A stretch of 64,000 nt of DNA. It comes from Desulfatiglandales bacterium. GTDB lineage: Bacteria; Desulfobacterota; DSM-4660; Desulfatiglandales; Desulfatiglandaceae. The stretch is from assembly GCA_963662465.1 (NCBI GenBank), contig OY759599.1, forward strand, positions 3,552,001 to 3,616,000, in the 5' to 3' direction. The translations under genes were made by a program, and so were the position numbers. Below, one piece after another: positions 21,551-32,575 of the stretch (the first letter of the stretch is position 1; each line of letters starts with the position of its first letter). Under the pieces are notes generated by a model. That model did not search any database, had not been told where the DNA came from, and saw nothing but the letters and a program-made list of their open reading frames with translations.

Positions 21551-22015
21551 TCATCTGTCGCGCACCTGCCATCCATCAACCCAGGGAATTCCATAATAAC
21601 CCGGATAAACGGCCAGTTGTACCGGCAATCCGCGGGAATAATCCCCCCTTGGCCGGGAGAATTCAGCCGAAGGTTTTCCGTCCAGCATGAATACGATTTT
21701 TCGCCCTCCCCTGCCCTTGTTCAAGGTCTCCCAGACCACGGCGTCAATTTTACCGGACGCACCTTTATCCAGCCAGCCGTTTCCGAAATAACGCCAGCCG
21801 GTGACGCCAAGGCAGCATGCGGGCAAAGCAAGGACAAGAACCAAAAGAATAACGAGATGACGATCCGTGCGCGCCCTTACAAACCGCCAGGCAGCTATAC
21901 CATAGACGGCACCGCCCGAAAGACCCCACAGAAGCGCACAAAGCACCACCTGCCAAAAGACCGGAGATATCCAGATCTTCTTTGTATCATAAAACACTTT
22001 TGTATCACAAGCCAA
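21551..22015 (-). CDS. Hypothetical membrane protein, possibly truncated
   Basis: Two hydrophobic segments; GYYGIPW near the C-terminus. Confidence 0.45.
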   Translation of the reverse strand: MACDTKVFYDTKKIWISPVFWQVVLCALLWGLSGGAVYGIAAWRFVRARTDRHLVILLVLVLALPACCLGVTGWRYFGNGWLDKGASGKIDAVVWETLNKGRGGRKIVFMLDGKPSAEFSRPRGDYSRGLPVQLAVYPGYYGIPWVDGWQVRDR

Positions 22016-22264
22016 TGCGAGACAACCGGCAAGCCCACTCTTTTTGGACGATTTTTAATCATAACCTGCATGAATCTATACCTTTTATTTGAAAACCACT
22101 AACTTTCATAAAATAAGATCGATCACTTCCCTCTTCCAAATATTTTCCATAAGAGGTCACTTCCTACACAACCATATCAAAAACGAACCCATATCCCATG
22201 CTTATCTAACTTAGGCTTTCTTGAAACACGATTGTATCATAATGCCTTGTTTCCTAAAAACCTG

Positions 22265-22508
22265 GGGTCTTCGCGGATTAACGTGAAAAAGAGAATTTTG
22301 TTGTTCCCTCGGGCTGGTTCCCATGCTCTGCGTGGAAACACCTTGGACGCTCCCGCGTCCGACAATTCGTCTTTTGAACCGCTACAGGCCCATTTCTTAG
22401 GGGTCCAAACCGGGACGCAGAGCGTCCGAAAACCGTTCCCACGCAGAGCATGGGAACGAGTGCAAAAGCGAAGTCAGTAGCGATTTTCACGTTAATCCGC
22501 GATGAGCC
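22265..22508. mobile_element. MITE-like element with 25-bp TIRs enclosing an inverted REP-like pair
   Basis: TCGCGGATTAACGTGAAAA (22271-22289) perfectly inverted at 22484-22502; internal GTTCCCATGCTCTGCGTGG ... CCACGCAGAGCATGGGAAC. Confidence 0.7.
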
Positions 22509-22571
22509 AATAATTTTTGGCACAAAACCTGCTCGTAGAATTTGTAATTATTTCCTTCGGAGGGTGTAAGA

Positions 22572-22784
22572 ATGAGGCCGTGTAACGAAAGTATTAAGAA
22601 TACCATCGCTATCTCAAAAACGATGCTGAAGATTGCCGATGAAGGAGATATGGTGCGTGAAGACAATGGTTGCGGCGTACTATATGGCATTCTAAGGGAT
22701 GCTGCTTTTAAGATCAGGAAATTCGCCGAAGCAGAGAAGGATGTCCATATCCGAAAAGGCTGGTGGGATATAGAAGCTGATTGA
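22572..22784 (+). CDS. Small hypothetical protein
   Basis: SD GGAGG; ADEGD...EDNGCGVLYGILRDAAFKIR. Confidence 0.7.
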   Translation: MRPCNESIKNTIAISKTMLKIADEGDMVREDNGCGVLYGILRDAAFKIRKFAEAEKDVHIRKGWWDIEAD

Positions 22785-22842
22785 GAAGGGTATTTAAATA
22801 AATCAAGTTTCGAATTTTACCACTGAAAGGGGGTAAAGAACC

Positions 22843-23199
22843 ATGATGGGATTAGAGGAACTCAAGAAAAACGGACTCCTTATCGAGTCTATCGATTGGA
22901 GTATGACCCCTGAAGAGGCCGTAAGACTGTATCTTGAATGGGGCAATAACTGGAGCAGAGGATACGAAATGGTAAGATCAAAGGATGATCAATCCCATTA
23001 TTTTGTTTTGAATACATGGGACACGCCTGTGATCTATTTCATCAAAAGAGATTATGAAGGCGCGGAGGAACTTGCAAAGTTCGCGATTCCTGAATTTCTA
23101 AAAAATGAACGTCAGTATGACATTCCCATTCTCAAAGGGGTTTATGCGGTTGATGGTGAGTTACGGGACTGGCTGAAAAAAGAATTGAATGCGGCATAA
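22843..23199 (+). CDS. DVU0772-like protein
   Basis: IDWSMTPEEAVRLYLEWGNNW motif; lies in the oxidative-stress cluster. Confidence 0.7.
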   Translation: MMGLEELKKNGLLIESIDWSMTPEEAVRLYLEWGNNWSRGYEMVRSKDDQSHYFVLNTWDTPVIYFIKRDYEGAEELAKFAIPEFLKNERQYDIPILKGVYAVDGELRDWLKKELNAA

Positions 23200-23225
23200 T
23201 TCCAGATTTTAAAAGGAGCAATCAT

Positions 23226-23402
23226 ATGGAGAAAGAAATTCTTGAAGCCATGAAAAAGGCCGGGAAACCAGTTAAACCTGGAGAAGTGGCAAACATGATT
23301 GGTGAAGAAAGCAAGGATGTATCAAAGGTCATCAGCAAACTGAAAAAAGATGGTAATGTTATTTCGCCCAAAAGATGTTATTATGCTTTAGCAAACCAAT
23401 AA
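23226..23402 (+). CDS. Small winged-HTH protein (58 aa), absent from the supplied ORF track
   Basis: SD AGGAG; MEKEILEAMKKAGKPVKPGEVANMIGEESKDVSKVISKLKKDGNVISPKRCYYALANQ. Confidence 0.8.
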   Translation: MEKEILEAMKKAGKPVKPGEVANMIGEESKDVSKVISKLKKDGNVISPKRCYYALANQ

Positions 23403-23414
23403 GGAGGCATCACA

Positions 23415-23618
23415 ATGGCAGAACCGGAAGAAATGTGGCAGTGCCAAACCACCAACTGTGGTTACATTTTTGATCCTGACAGAGGGGACCGAAAAGGCAA
23501 GATCCCCAAGGGAACCCATTTTGAGGATCTTCCCGAAGACTGGAAATGTCCTGTTTGCGGGGCCGGGAAAAAAATGTTCAAACCCCTGGCTGGTCCCGGA
23601 TCAACCCGGGACGCTTAA
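23415..23618 (+). CDS. Rubredoxin
   Basis: [14 protein letters not shown]...[14 protein letters not shown]. Confidence 0.92.
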   Translation: MAEPEEMWQCQTTNCGYIFDPDRGDRKGKIPKGTHFEDLPEDWKCPVCGAGKKMFKPLAGPGSTRDA

Positions 23619-23653
23619 TCTTGTAATTCTTGAATCAGAGGAGACATCCATTC

Positions 23654-24226
23654 ATGGACCTGAAAGGGACAAAGACGGAAAAAAATTTACTGACGGCATT
23701 TGCCGGCGAATCACAGGCAAGAAACCGTTACACCTATTTTGCGAGCAAAGCCAAAAAAGAAGGTTTTATCCAGATCTCATCTATTTTTGAAGAAACCGCA
23801 AACCAGGAAAAAGAGCATGCCAAACGGCTCTTTAAATTCCTTCAGGGGGGAGAGGTAGAAATTTCCGCCGCGTTTCCTGCCGGCGTTATCGCCGGCACCC
23901 TTGAAAACCTCAAGGCATCCGCTGCCGGAGAACATCACGAACATACTGAAATGTATCCGGAATTCGCCGTCATTGCCCGAGATGAGGGATTTGCGGTCAT
24001 TGCCGATGTTTTTATGGCCATCGCGGTCGCCGAAAAACAACATGAAAAGCGCTATAACGATCTGGCCGCGAACATCGAAGCCAATCGCGTTTTTAAACGG
24101 GACACCGAAGAAGTATGGCGATGCAGAAACTGCGGTTTTCTTTATACGGGAAAGGAAGCCCCGGAAACTTGTCCCGCATGCGCCCACCCCCAAGCCCATT
24201 TTGAACTGTTGGGAGAAAATTATTAG
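23654..24226 (+). CDS. rbr: Rubrerythrin
   Basis: AFAGESQARNRY, EKEHAKR, EKQHE, C-terminal CRNCG...CPACAH. Confidence 0.95.
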   Translation: MDLKGTKTEKNLLTAFAGESQARNRYTYFASKAKKEGFIQISSIFEETANQEKEHAKRLFKFLQGGEVEISAAFPAGVIAGTLENLKASAAGEHHEHTEMYPEFAVIARDEGFAVIADVFMAIAVAEKQHEKRYNDLAANIEANRVFKRDTEEVWRCRNCGFLYTGKEAPETCPACAHPQAHFELLGENY

Positions 24227-24350
24227 GATTTGTCGTGTGCTTTTTTTAAAATGGTTGCACCTTCCTGTATCATAGGTGTAGAATAGCGTTGAGCATTATA
24301 AAAAGGTTTTGCGAAGCTTTAATCATAACCACAACAATAGGGAGGATTAA

Positions 24351-24725
24351 ATGGCTGAAAAATTGGAAATCTATAAATGCGAGGTGTGCGGAAATATTGT
24401 TGAGGTTCTGCACGGCGGCAAGGGAGAACTGGTCTGCTGCGGTCAACCCATGAAACTCTTTAAAGAAAATACCGTTGATGCGGCCAAGGAAAAACATGTG
24501 CCGGTCATTAATAAGTCAGCCGACGGCATCACCGTAAAGGTCGGAGAAGTAGCCCACCCCATGGAGGAAAAGCACCACATTGAATGGATCGAAATCATTG
24601 CCGACGGCGCTGTTTATCGACAGTTTTTAAAACCTGGACAAGCACCCGAAGCCACTTTCAACGTATCGGCGGATCAAGTCACCGCAAGAGAATATTGCAC
24701 CCTTCATGGCCTTTGGAAGGCTTAA
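24351..24725 (+). CDS. dfx: Desulfoferrodoxin (2Fe superoxide reductase)
   Basis: [32 protein letters not shown]. Confidence 0.95.
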   Translation: MAEKLEIYKCEVCGNIVEVLHGGKGELVCCGQPMKLFKENTVDAAKEKHVPVINKSADGITVKVGEVAHPMEEKHHIEWIEIIADGAVYRQFLKPGQAPEATFNVSADQVTAREYCTLHGLWKA

Positions 24726-24798
24726 ATGCGTTTTTTTAAAAAATAGCACGGAAGATATCGATTATTCAAGTAAAATACTAGAATGGAAGGAGCCGATT

Positions 24799-24984
24799 AT
24801 GTCAACACCGCAGCATTGCCCAGGTTTCGAACAGGCTAAAAACTTAAAGGCGTTTACGTGTAAGTGCCCAAACTGTGGACAGGAAAAAGAAATTTTTTCA
24901 GACGAGTTTGACAAAGAGCATACCTGCTCCGGATGCGGGAAAAAAATAGACTTTACCCAATGTACCCTTGAAGGCGGCGCTTAG
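24799..24984 (+). CDS. Small Zn-ribbon-like protein
   Basis: HCPG, CPNCG..EIFSDE..CSGCG; ATG after AGGAG. Confidence 0.7.
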   Translation: MSTPQHCPGFEQAKNLKAFTCKCPNCGQEKEIFSDEFDKEHTCSGCGKKIDFTQCTLEGGA

Positions 24985-25161
24985 AAAATCTTCTGATATT
25001 TCATCATAATCCAAGCCCTCACAATAGACCCCGATTCAAGTCCTGTTGTGGGGGCTGAAGTTCCTATTTTTTTAGATACCATACTCCTTAACCCCCAATA
25101 CAAAACAACCATAAAAAAAGCGGCAATTTTCCCACAGAAACTCATCACGGGAGAAATATCC

Positions 25162-25854
25162 TTGAAAGGACGCATTCGCAAACAAAAGATTCTTGAAATT
25201 CTCGCGAAAAGCGATGTTAACCTTGGGCTGGCGGAATTGAGACGCATGCCCTCCCAAAAAGTCATCAACGCTCTTTTTTCCTTCCTTTACAGTCAGCATG
25301 AAATCATCAAGTGGCGCGCCGTTACGGCCATGGGGTCCCTTGTTCAAGATCTGGCCGGCGAAAACATGGAGCAAGCCAGGATCGTATTGCGCCGTCTCAT
25401 GTGGAATCTGAACGATGAATCCGGGGGCATTGGTTGGGGCGCCCCGGAAGCCATGGGGGAAATCCTGGCCCACCATGAAGGACTTGCCGGGGAATACGCC
25501 CCAATCTTGCTCTCCTATGCCATGAAAGACGGCAACTACCTGGAACTGCCCATGTTGCAGCGGGGGCTTCTCTGGGGAATCGCAAGGCTTTCGGAAAAAA
25601 GCCCCGAGCTTGTAAAGGATGTAACCCCCCATCTTATCCCGTACCTCAAATCGGAGGATTCGACCGTCAGGGGGCTTGCGGCGCAAATCGTGGGATTGAT
25701 GGGGTCAAAAAAAGACCGGGAACTCCTTTTGCCTCTGATGAAAGATAATGCCGCCTATACAACCTATATTGAGAACCGATGTGTAACGCGCCTCGTTGGA
25801 GAAACGGTTGCGGAAGCCCTCAAATGTCTTCAAAGAAACAAATGGGCACATTAA
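25162..25854 (+). CDS. DVU0298-like HEAT-repeat protein (start uncertain)
   Basis: RRLMWNLNDESGGIGWGAPEAMGEI motif. Confidence 0.75.
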   Translation: MKGRIRKQKILEILAKSDVNLGLAELRRMPSQKVINALFSFLYSQHEIIKWRAVTAMGSLVQDLAGENMEQARIVLRRLMWNLNDESGGIGWGAPEAMGEILAHHEGLAGEYAPILLSYAMKDGNYLELPMLQRGLLWGIARLSEKSPELVKDVTPHLIPYLKSEDSTVRGLAAQIVGLMGSKKDRELLLPLMKDNAAYTTYIENRCVTRLVGETVAEALKCLQRNKWAH

Positions 25855-25882
25855 ATTGAAAAGATCAAAAAAAATCGGTTTT

Positions 25883-25898
25883 CTTGACTTAGGTCAAG
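25883..25898. promoter_or_regulatory. CRP/FNR-family (HcpR-like) operator upstream of hcp
   Basis: Perfect palindrome CTTGAC-TTAG-GTCAAG about 105 bp before the hcp start. Confidence 0.65.
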
Positions 25899-26004
25899 GC
25901 AATGTTTGCGGCTGTGGTACATAGTGAAAACAAAGAAAGAACAAACTGATCCATTGGCATATAAACCTTCACAAATTTTAAACCAACTTGAAAGGAGAAA
26001 CGCC

Positions 26005-27669
26005 ATGTTTTGTTTTCAATGTCAGGAAACCGCAAAAAATCAGGGATGTACCATCAAGGGGATGTGTGGGAAACCGGAGGAAACCGCCAATCTGCAGGAC
26101 CTCCTCATCCATGTATTGAAAGGTATCGGCATCTATGGAGAAAAGGCCGCTGAATTGGGGGTCCTGGATCGAAACACCGGGAAATCTGTTTCGGAGAGCC
26201 TTTTTTCCACCATTACCAATGTCAACTGGGTTGATGATTGGTTTGTTTCCCGAATCAAAGAGGGGCTAAAGGTCAGGGAAGATATTAAGCGCAAATTTCT
26301 GGCCGCCTACCAGGAGAAAAATGGAAAAGCCTTTTCAGAGCCTTTGCCTGATGCCGCAACCTGGTCTTCACAAAAGGCGTCCACATTTCAAACGAAAGCC
26401 AAAAAAGTGGGCATTCAGGCCACTGAAAATGAAGATGTCCGGTCTCTGCGCGAACTATTAATCATCGGACTCAAGGGTGTAGCGGCGTACGCAGACCACG
26501 CCGCGATTCTAGGGTACGAAAAAGATGACATCTATCAATTCATGATGGAAGCCCTGGCCTCCACCACCAAGGACCTTACCGTTGACGAAATGGTAGGTCT
26601 CGTTCTCAAATGCGGCGAGACGGCAGTCAATACCATGGCCCTTCTGGACGAAGCCAATACCAGCACCTACGGTCATCCCGAAATCACGGTGGTAAACATC
26701 GGGGTGAGCAAAAACCCGGGCATTTTGATCAGCGGCCATGACCTGAAAGACATGGCGGAACTGTTAAAACAAACCAAAGGGACCGGCGTGGACGTGTACA
26801 CCCACGGCGAAATGCTGCCGGCCAACTATTATCCCGAGTTCAAGAAATATGACCATTTCGTGGGGAACTACGGCAGCTCCTGGTGGCGCCAGAACGATGA
26901 ATTTGAATCCTTCAACGGTCCCATCCTCATGACCACCAACTGCATTATTCCCATTAAAAAGGATAACACCTATCTGAACCGCATATTTACCACCGGCATG
27001 ACCGGTTATCCAGGGGCAAAACATATACCGGACCGGGCTCAAGGAGGTACAAAGGACTTTTCCGAAATGATCAATCTGGCCAAAACCTGCCCCTCACCCA
27101 TTGAAATTGAGACCGGGAAGATTGTGGGCGGCTTTGCCCGCAACCAGGTCCTGGCATTGGCGGACAAGGTGGTGGATGCCGTAAAAAGCGGGGCCATCAA
27201 GCGGTTTATCGTCATGGCCGGCTGCGACGGCCGCCATAAATCCCGTAAATATTTCACAGAAGTGGCCGAACAGCTGCCAAAAGATGCCGTCATTCTGACG
27301 GCGGGTTGCGCCAAATATCGTTACAACAAGCTGGATCTGGGCGATATCGGAGGAATTCCACGGGTTCTGGATGCGGGGCAGTGCAACGACTGCTATTCCC
27401 TGGCCGTCATTGCCCTCAAATTGAAAGAAGTGTTCGGGCTTGACAGCATCAATGACCTGCCCATTTCTTTTGACATCGGCTGGTATGAACAGAAGGCCGT
27501 CGCCGTTCTCCTGGCCCTGCTCTTCCTCGGCGTCAAGGGCATCCGGCTGGGGCCGACCCTTCCCGCCTTCGTATCCCCCACCGTCCTGAAAGTTCTGGTG
27601 GAGAATTTCGATATCAAACCCACCGGTGAAGTGGCAGCGGATATTGAAGCCATGATGGCGGGGAAATAG
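26005..27669 (+). CDS. hcp: Hybrid cluster protein (hydroxylamine reductase)
   Basis: MFCFQCQET...GCT...[34 protein letters not shown]. Confidence 0.97.
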   Translation: MFCFQCQETAKNQGCTIKGMCGKPEETANLQDLLIHVLKGIGIYGEKAAELGVLDRNTGKSVSESLFSTITNVNWVDDWFVSRIKEGLKVREDIKRKFLAAYQEKNGKAFSEPLPDAATWSSQKASTFQTKAKKVGIQATENEDVRSLRELLIIGLKGVAAYADHAAILGYEKDDIYQFMMEALASTTKDLTVDEMVGLVLKCGETAVNTMALLDEANTSTYGHPEITVVNIGVSKNPGILISGHDLKDMAELLKQTKGTGVDVYTHGEMLPANYYPEFKKYDHFVGNYGSSWWRQNDEFESFNGPILMTTNCIIPIKKDNTYLNRIFTTGMTGYPGAKHIPDRAQGGTKDFSEMINLAKTCPSPIEIETGKIVGGFARNQVLALADKVVDAVKSGAIKRFIVMAGCDGRHKSRKYFTEVAEQLPKDAVILTAGCAKYRYNKLDLGDIGGIPRVLDAGQCNDCYSLAVIALKLKEVFGLDSINDLPISFDIGWYEQKAVAVLLALLFLGVKGIRLGPTLPAFVSPTVLKVLVENFDIKPTGEVAADIEAMMAGK

Positions 27670-27679
27670 CCCAGAAAAA

Positions 27680-27740
27680 GCTGTTAGCTATTAGCGGTTA
27701 GCTGTTAGTCTCTAAGCTAACAGGCTAACAGCTAACAGCC
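27680..27740. repeat. Inverted heptamer-repeat hairpin (GCTGTTA / GCTAACA)
   Basis: gctgttagctattagcggttagctgttag...gctaacaggctaacagctaacagc between hcp and the cupin gene. Confidence 0.7.
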
Positions 27741-27754
27741 AAAGGAGAAACACC

Positions 27755-28075
27755 ATGATGAAAAAAGTCGAAATTTTTAAGGAAAACGATTTCAATGACC
27801 TTCACATGAGCCGGCTGCTGGTGAACGACTCGCCTTACTTCAAAATTCTGAATTTCAATTTCAAGGCCGGTCAGGAGCTTCCCATTCACTCCCATGACAT
27901 CGAGGGGCAATTGAGCATCGTCGTGCTGGAAGGAGAAGGTCTCTTCCTCGCAAAGGGGGGGGAAACCATTCCTGCCAAACCGGGTGATATTCTGATCTCC
28001 GACATCAGCGAACCCCACGGCATCAGAGCGACAGGTTCAATGCGCGTTCTGGTAACCATTGCGCCTCCCATATAA
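27755..28075 (+). CDS. Cupin-domain protein
   Basis: GQELPIHSH...GEG...PGDIL...PHGIRA. Confidence 0.85.
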   Translation: MMKKVEIFKENDFNDLHMSRLLVNDSPYFKILNFNFKAGQELPIHSHDIEGQLSIVVLEGEGLFLAKGGETIPAKPGDILISDISEPHGIRATGSMRVLVTIAPPI

Positions 28076-28203
28076 AAGAAGAGCTCGCCTCATAAGCATA
28101 AAAACAATTGACATGATTGTCCGATAAAACTATTTTTCAGAGCAACGTCTTGATAGGGTGCGATTTCATTCTGAGACCCTTATGGTTGTTGGAATCTATA
28201 GGC

Positions 28204-28617
28204 ATGACTGAACCGGAATCAAAAAAAGAGAATAATGAGGCCATACCAAAACAATCGGCTGAGAACCGTATTGTTTCAGACATCGAAGAAGCGCTGAACT
28301 TTCTTGATTCGGAAGAATATCAAGAGGAAAGTCAACCCGTCTCCCGCATAAAACCCTCACCCTCCAAAATTGCCCCCGTCCAATCTCCCAGGCCAACAGA
28401 TGCCACCCCCATAAGACCACAGCACAATATGGCATCTAATATCCAAAAAATTAAACAAGAACCCATAAAGAATCCATCAACCCCAACAACAGGCAAAAAA
28501 GAGTCCGGAAAGCGGTGGGTTCTTTACCTGGGAGGGATAGTGATACTTCTGGCAATTTTTATGCTTTATAAAATGGGCTACAGCGTCAGGATACGGTTGG
28601 ATTCAATAAGCCATTGA
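28204..28617 (+). CDS. Hypothetical protein with C-terminal TM segment; 3' end altered by the IS inserted at 28582
   Basis: Low-complexity N-terminus and WVLYLGGIVILLAIFMLY; the last codons lie inside the IS end. Confidence 0.5.
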   Translation: MTEPESKKENNEAIPKQSAENRIVSDIEEALNFLDSEEYQEESQPVSRIKPSPSKIAPVQSPRPTDATPIRPQHNMASNIQKIKQEPIKNPSTPTTGKKESGKRWVLYLGGIVILLAIFMLYKMGYSVRIRLDSISH

Positions 28618-28796
28618 ATTAACGGTATTATCTTTGATATTTTTTTCATAATTGTACCACACAAACGCTGGGAAACAAACCTTATATTTCAGTAACCACT
28701 TGATTTTATTGAATTGGAGGATTGACAAGCAATTGGCATTTTGATACATTTATTTGGAAATAGCCACAGAAAACAAATAAATGTATCAGAGGTCAC

Positions 28797-29489
28797 ATGT
28801 TATCTCCTGAAGACTCCAAAAAGGCTTTACATAAATGGTTTAGGAAGAAATACATCGCAGATCTCAATCAGCTCTTCCATGTACTGAAAACAAGTTCTCG
28901 GATGAGTGTATTCCGGAGGCTTAAACTTATCGGATACTTGACAAGCTTTACGGATGCCGGTCGTTACTACACCCTTGAGGATATTCCTTCGTTTGATTCT
29001 TGGGGTTTGTGGTTTTATCGGGGAATCGGCTTTTCAAAGGCCGGCACGCTAAAAGCGACTGTGGTGGAAATTGTGCATTTATCGAATGCCGGAATGACAC
29101 CGAAAGAGCTGTTGCATTTGTTGAAGATTCGGATTCCCAACACGTTGCACAACACGCTTCATGGGCTGGTTCAATCCCAGCAGATAAGTCGGCACCGATC
29201 CGAAGGGCTTTCCTTATATACCAATGGAGATCCGGATAAAGGAAAAGTGCAAATAGCGGCGCGTCGCGTACATATACAAGAAGGGGTTCAAATTGTCGGG
29301 CCGGTCCCAATGGAAACGACCATTGCTGTTCTTGTGGAAGCGCTGAAGGCGGGCCAAGTTATTGTATCTCAATCTGAAATAGCAACCCGCCTCGCCGTTC
29401 GGGGATTGGCCGTCACTGTCGATCAGGTGAACCGGATTTTTTCAGAACATGGCATTCAAGCAGAAAAAAAAACGTCAAGATTCCGCTGA
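28797..29489 (+). CDS. ORF A of the outer IS (probable DNA-binding part)
   Basis: 230 aa inside the left TIR; ends at an A9 run that overlaps the -1 frame of ORF B. Confidence 0.7.
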   Translation: MLSPEDSKKALHKWFRKKYIADLNQLFHVLKTSSRMSVFRRLKLIGYLTSFTDAGRYYTLEDIPSFDSWGLWFYRGIGFSKAGTLKATVVEIVHLSNAGMTPKELLHLLKIRIPNTLHNTLHGLVQSQQISRHRSEGLSLYTNGDPDKGKVQIAARRVHIQEGVQIVGPVPMETTIAVLVEALKAGQVIVSQSEIATRLAVRGLAVTVDQVNRIFSEHGIQAEKKTSRFR

Positions 29490-30526
29490 AAACGCTGGTC
29501 TACCTAAGGCATCAGGCGCATCGTTTGAATGATAGTTGTTTTAAACAAGTGGTCGGGTTAGCGGATATCGTTGTATCTGCTAAGGATGAGGTTGGGGTAT
29601 GTGAACTCTGCAATGGACCGATGCGTGTACAAAAAACGTTTGTGCATGAAGGACGGACCATCGAGCATGGTACGTTTAATGTTAGGGAAACGGTACATGT
29701 ATGTTCGGAGCGGTGCCGTAATGATGATGGGACATTGTTTACCAAGAGAGCAGAATCGGTCGTTCGGACCATTATGCCAAACGGCATTGTCGGTTATGAC
29801 GTAATGGTTTATGTGGGTCTCAATAGGCTGCTCGGCTATAAACAGAGAGAGGAAATAAAAGCAGAATTAAAGGAAAGGCACGGCATCAAATTGTCTTGCG
29901 GTGAGGTTAGCAATCTGACACGATACTTTTTGGAATACTTGCTCAGACTTCATCACGTGCGGGCTGAGCAATTGAAAGGGGTCCTGGAGGCGGATGGGGG
30001 TTGGCCGATGCAAGTGGATGCCACTGGAGAAGCCGGTCGAGGGACCCTATTTGTTGTGATGGCTGGTTGGAGAAAATGGGTGCTTGGCGCCTGGAAAATT
30101 TCAACTGAACGAGCCGATCTTTTGTTACCCTGCATGCGGGATACGGTCAGTCGATTCGGCCCGCCTTGCGGAGCCATGCGCGACTTGGGACGCGCGGTAT
30201 CGCCGGCCATCGACGAACTCGTATCTGAGATGCAATTGGATATACCCGTGTTAGCTTGCCATCAACACTTTCTTGCCGACATTGGTAAAGACCTTATAAA
30301 ACCTGACCATTCCGCTTTGCGGGACCATTTCCGGCGTACAAAAGTACGACCTAAAATCAATAACTTAGTCCGTGAGATCGGGCGAGAGATAGGCTTTGAG
30401 ATCAATGAAACACGGCAGGCGGTTCTGGATTGGCAAGAGAGGGATGACTATCGTCTCCCACCGGGACGAGATGGCCTTGCCGTTGTACGAAACATAGCAC
30501 AGTGGATAATCGACTATAAGGCAGAT

Positions 30527-32095
30527 CATTGCTGTCCGGTTAACTTTTGTCGACTTATCATAACTAATTGAAATATATGCTTATACAACGCAAAGATGTT
30601 TTTGGGACAAAAAATCCTGAAATAATCAAAGGCTGTCAAATTTTGGCGTAACATCATGCAATTTCTTGGTATTCTTATCATGACGAGCTCTAATTCGTCT
30701 TAAGGTATTGTCATGCTATTTGGGTTTCGTTATAATGCTCAACCGGACAGCAGTACTGCAAATCTTATATCAGAAAAAATGAGCAATGTCTGGTCGACAA
30801 TATGTATTCTCCCAATTCCTGAGTTTACTTCCGAGATACGAATTCCAGCGTATTGTAAACAAGTACAACGGCGATTATCGTACCAGGAACTTTAAATGCT
30901 GGAACCAGATGGCTTGCATGATCTTTTTGCCCACATGAGACAAGAAGATAGTTTGAGAGACATAGACATTGCCCTTAACGCTCATGCCAGCAAACTGTAC
31001 CATATGGGAATCCAACAATGTCCACGATCCACTTTGGCCGATGCAAATGAGCGCCGGGACTATCGGATCTACGAGGAATTCGCAAAATTGTTGATGCAAC
31101 GCGCCCGCCGAGAGTACGCTGGCACGAACTTGGCTGTCGATGTAGACAATGCGGTCTATGCGCTGGATGCATCGACTATCGACCTGACGTTGTCTCTGTA
31201 TCCCTGGGCGAAATTCCGTAAGACCAAAGGCGCCATTAAATTGCATACCATGATTGACCTGAGAGGCAACATCCCGGCGTTTCTGACCATTACTGATGGT
31301 AAAGTCCATGATGTCAAGGCTGCGCCTCTAATCCCAATTGAACCGGAAGGGATCTATGTGGTCGACCGTGCATATATCGACTTTGATTGGTTAAGATCCA
31401 TTGATGATATCTGCGCATTTTTTGTTACCCGCTTGAAAAGATCTATCAGATGGACCCGTGTTGTATCCCATCCGGTAGATAAATCCCTTGGCCTGAGGAG
31501 TGATCAGGAGATACTCCTATTCAGCAAAAAGTCCAAGGCGAAATATCCAAAACGTTTGCGAAGAGTAAGTTTTCGAGACGAGACCCAAAATCGAACGTTG
31601 GTGTTCCTAAGCAACAATTTTGCTTTTTCAGCAGAAACTATTGCCGCCCTGTACAAAGCTCGCTGGGAAATCGAGCTGTTTTTCAAATGGATCAAGCAAA
31701 ATCTCAGAGTGAAGAACTTCTATGGTACTTCCCCAAACGCAGTAAAGACTCAGATCTGGATCGCAATGATCGTTTATCTCATTCTGGCCATCATTAAAGA
31801 GAGATATTCGCTCCAAAACAGCTTGTCCCAGCTATTACACTTTTCGGAAGTCAATCTGTTTGAGAAAAAGGCGCTCATTTCTATTTTTTGGCCCAATCCG
31901 CGTAATATGCACAGCAGGGAAGATAATGGATATAAGCAACTGACATTATTTGATTATTTACAACCATAATATCTTGAATCCATAAGCAACCTCTCGCAAT
32001 TCTACTTGCAAGACTTATTATGCAGAACTACAAGTTGAAGGGCAAGTACGATTGTAACTATTTGATTTAACTGAAAAGTAAACCGGACAGCAATG
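30527..32095 (+). mobile_element. IS4-family element (1569 bp) with 9-bp TSD AAGGCAGAT
   Basis: TIR CATTGCTGTCCGGTT / AACCGGACAGCAATG; TSD at 30518-30526 and 32096-32104. Confidence 0.92.
30786..31969 (+). pseudogene. IS4-family transposase (DUF4372-like + DDE) with a frameshift near 30925
   Basis: MSGRQYVFSQFL...KCWNQMACMIF is in one frame and AHMRQEDSLRDI...ALDASTI...VDRAY...YKARWEIELFFKWIKQ in another; the shift is in a T5 run and may be a sequencing error. Confidence 0.85.
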
Positions 32096-32575
32096 AAGGC
32101 AGATCTTTCAGGCCTGGATTTTCCTTTTGACAGACCGTATTTGAGTTTTTTCAACAGGTGTATGGTTGCTCTGCGAGCAATAGATGCATTTCTTCGCATT
32201 CCTCCGAATGATAAGCATGTTGTGCGCATGATTCGTCGGCTTAGGAGGATCGCTTCGAAGGTTTCTTGTGAAGTGCCCTTTCGTCAAACTGTCAAACAGT
32301 TGCACCGCCGTGCTCTTGGGCGCTAACCAAAATGGAACCAGTTTTGCTACTCCAAACGGAACCAGATATTGCGCACTGGTCTTTTCCTTTTAGAAGGGTT
32401 TTCTTGTAAATTTGTTAGAGGTTGCATGAAAGAGTATATCAGATGGTATTTTAAAAATGCTGGTGAGACACGTAGCGTTCTGGTTGAAGAATCAGTGATG
32501 AGGATACCATCAATATGGTGATGGCAGAGAAGAGGGGATTAGATTTTTCGGTTAAGGGCAATGCTTATTGAGGAA

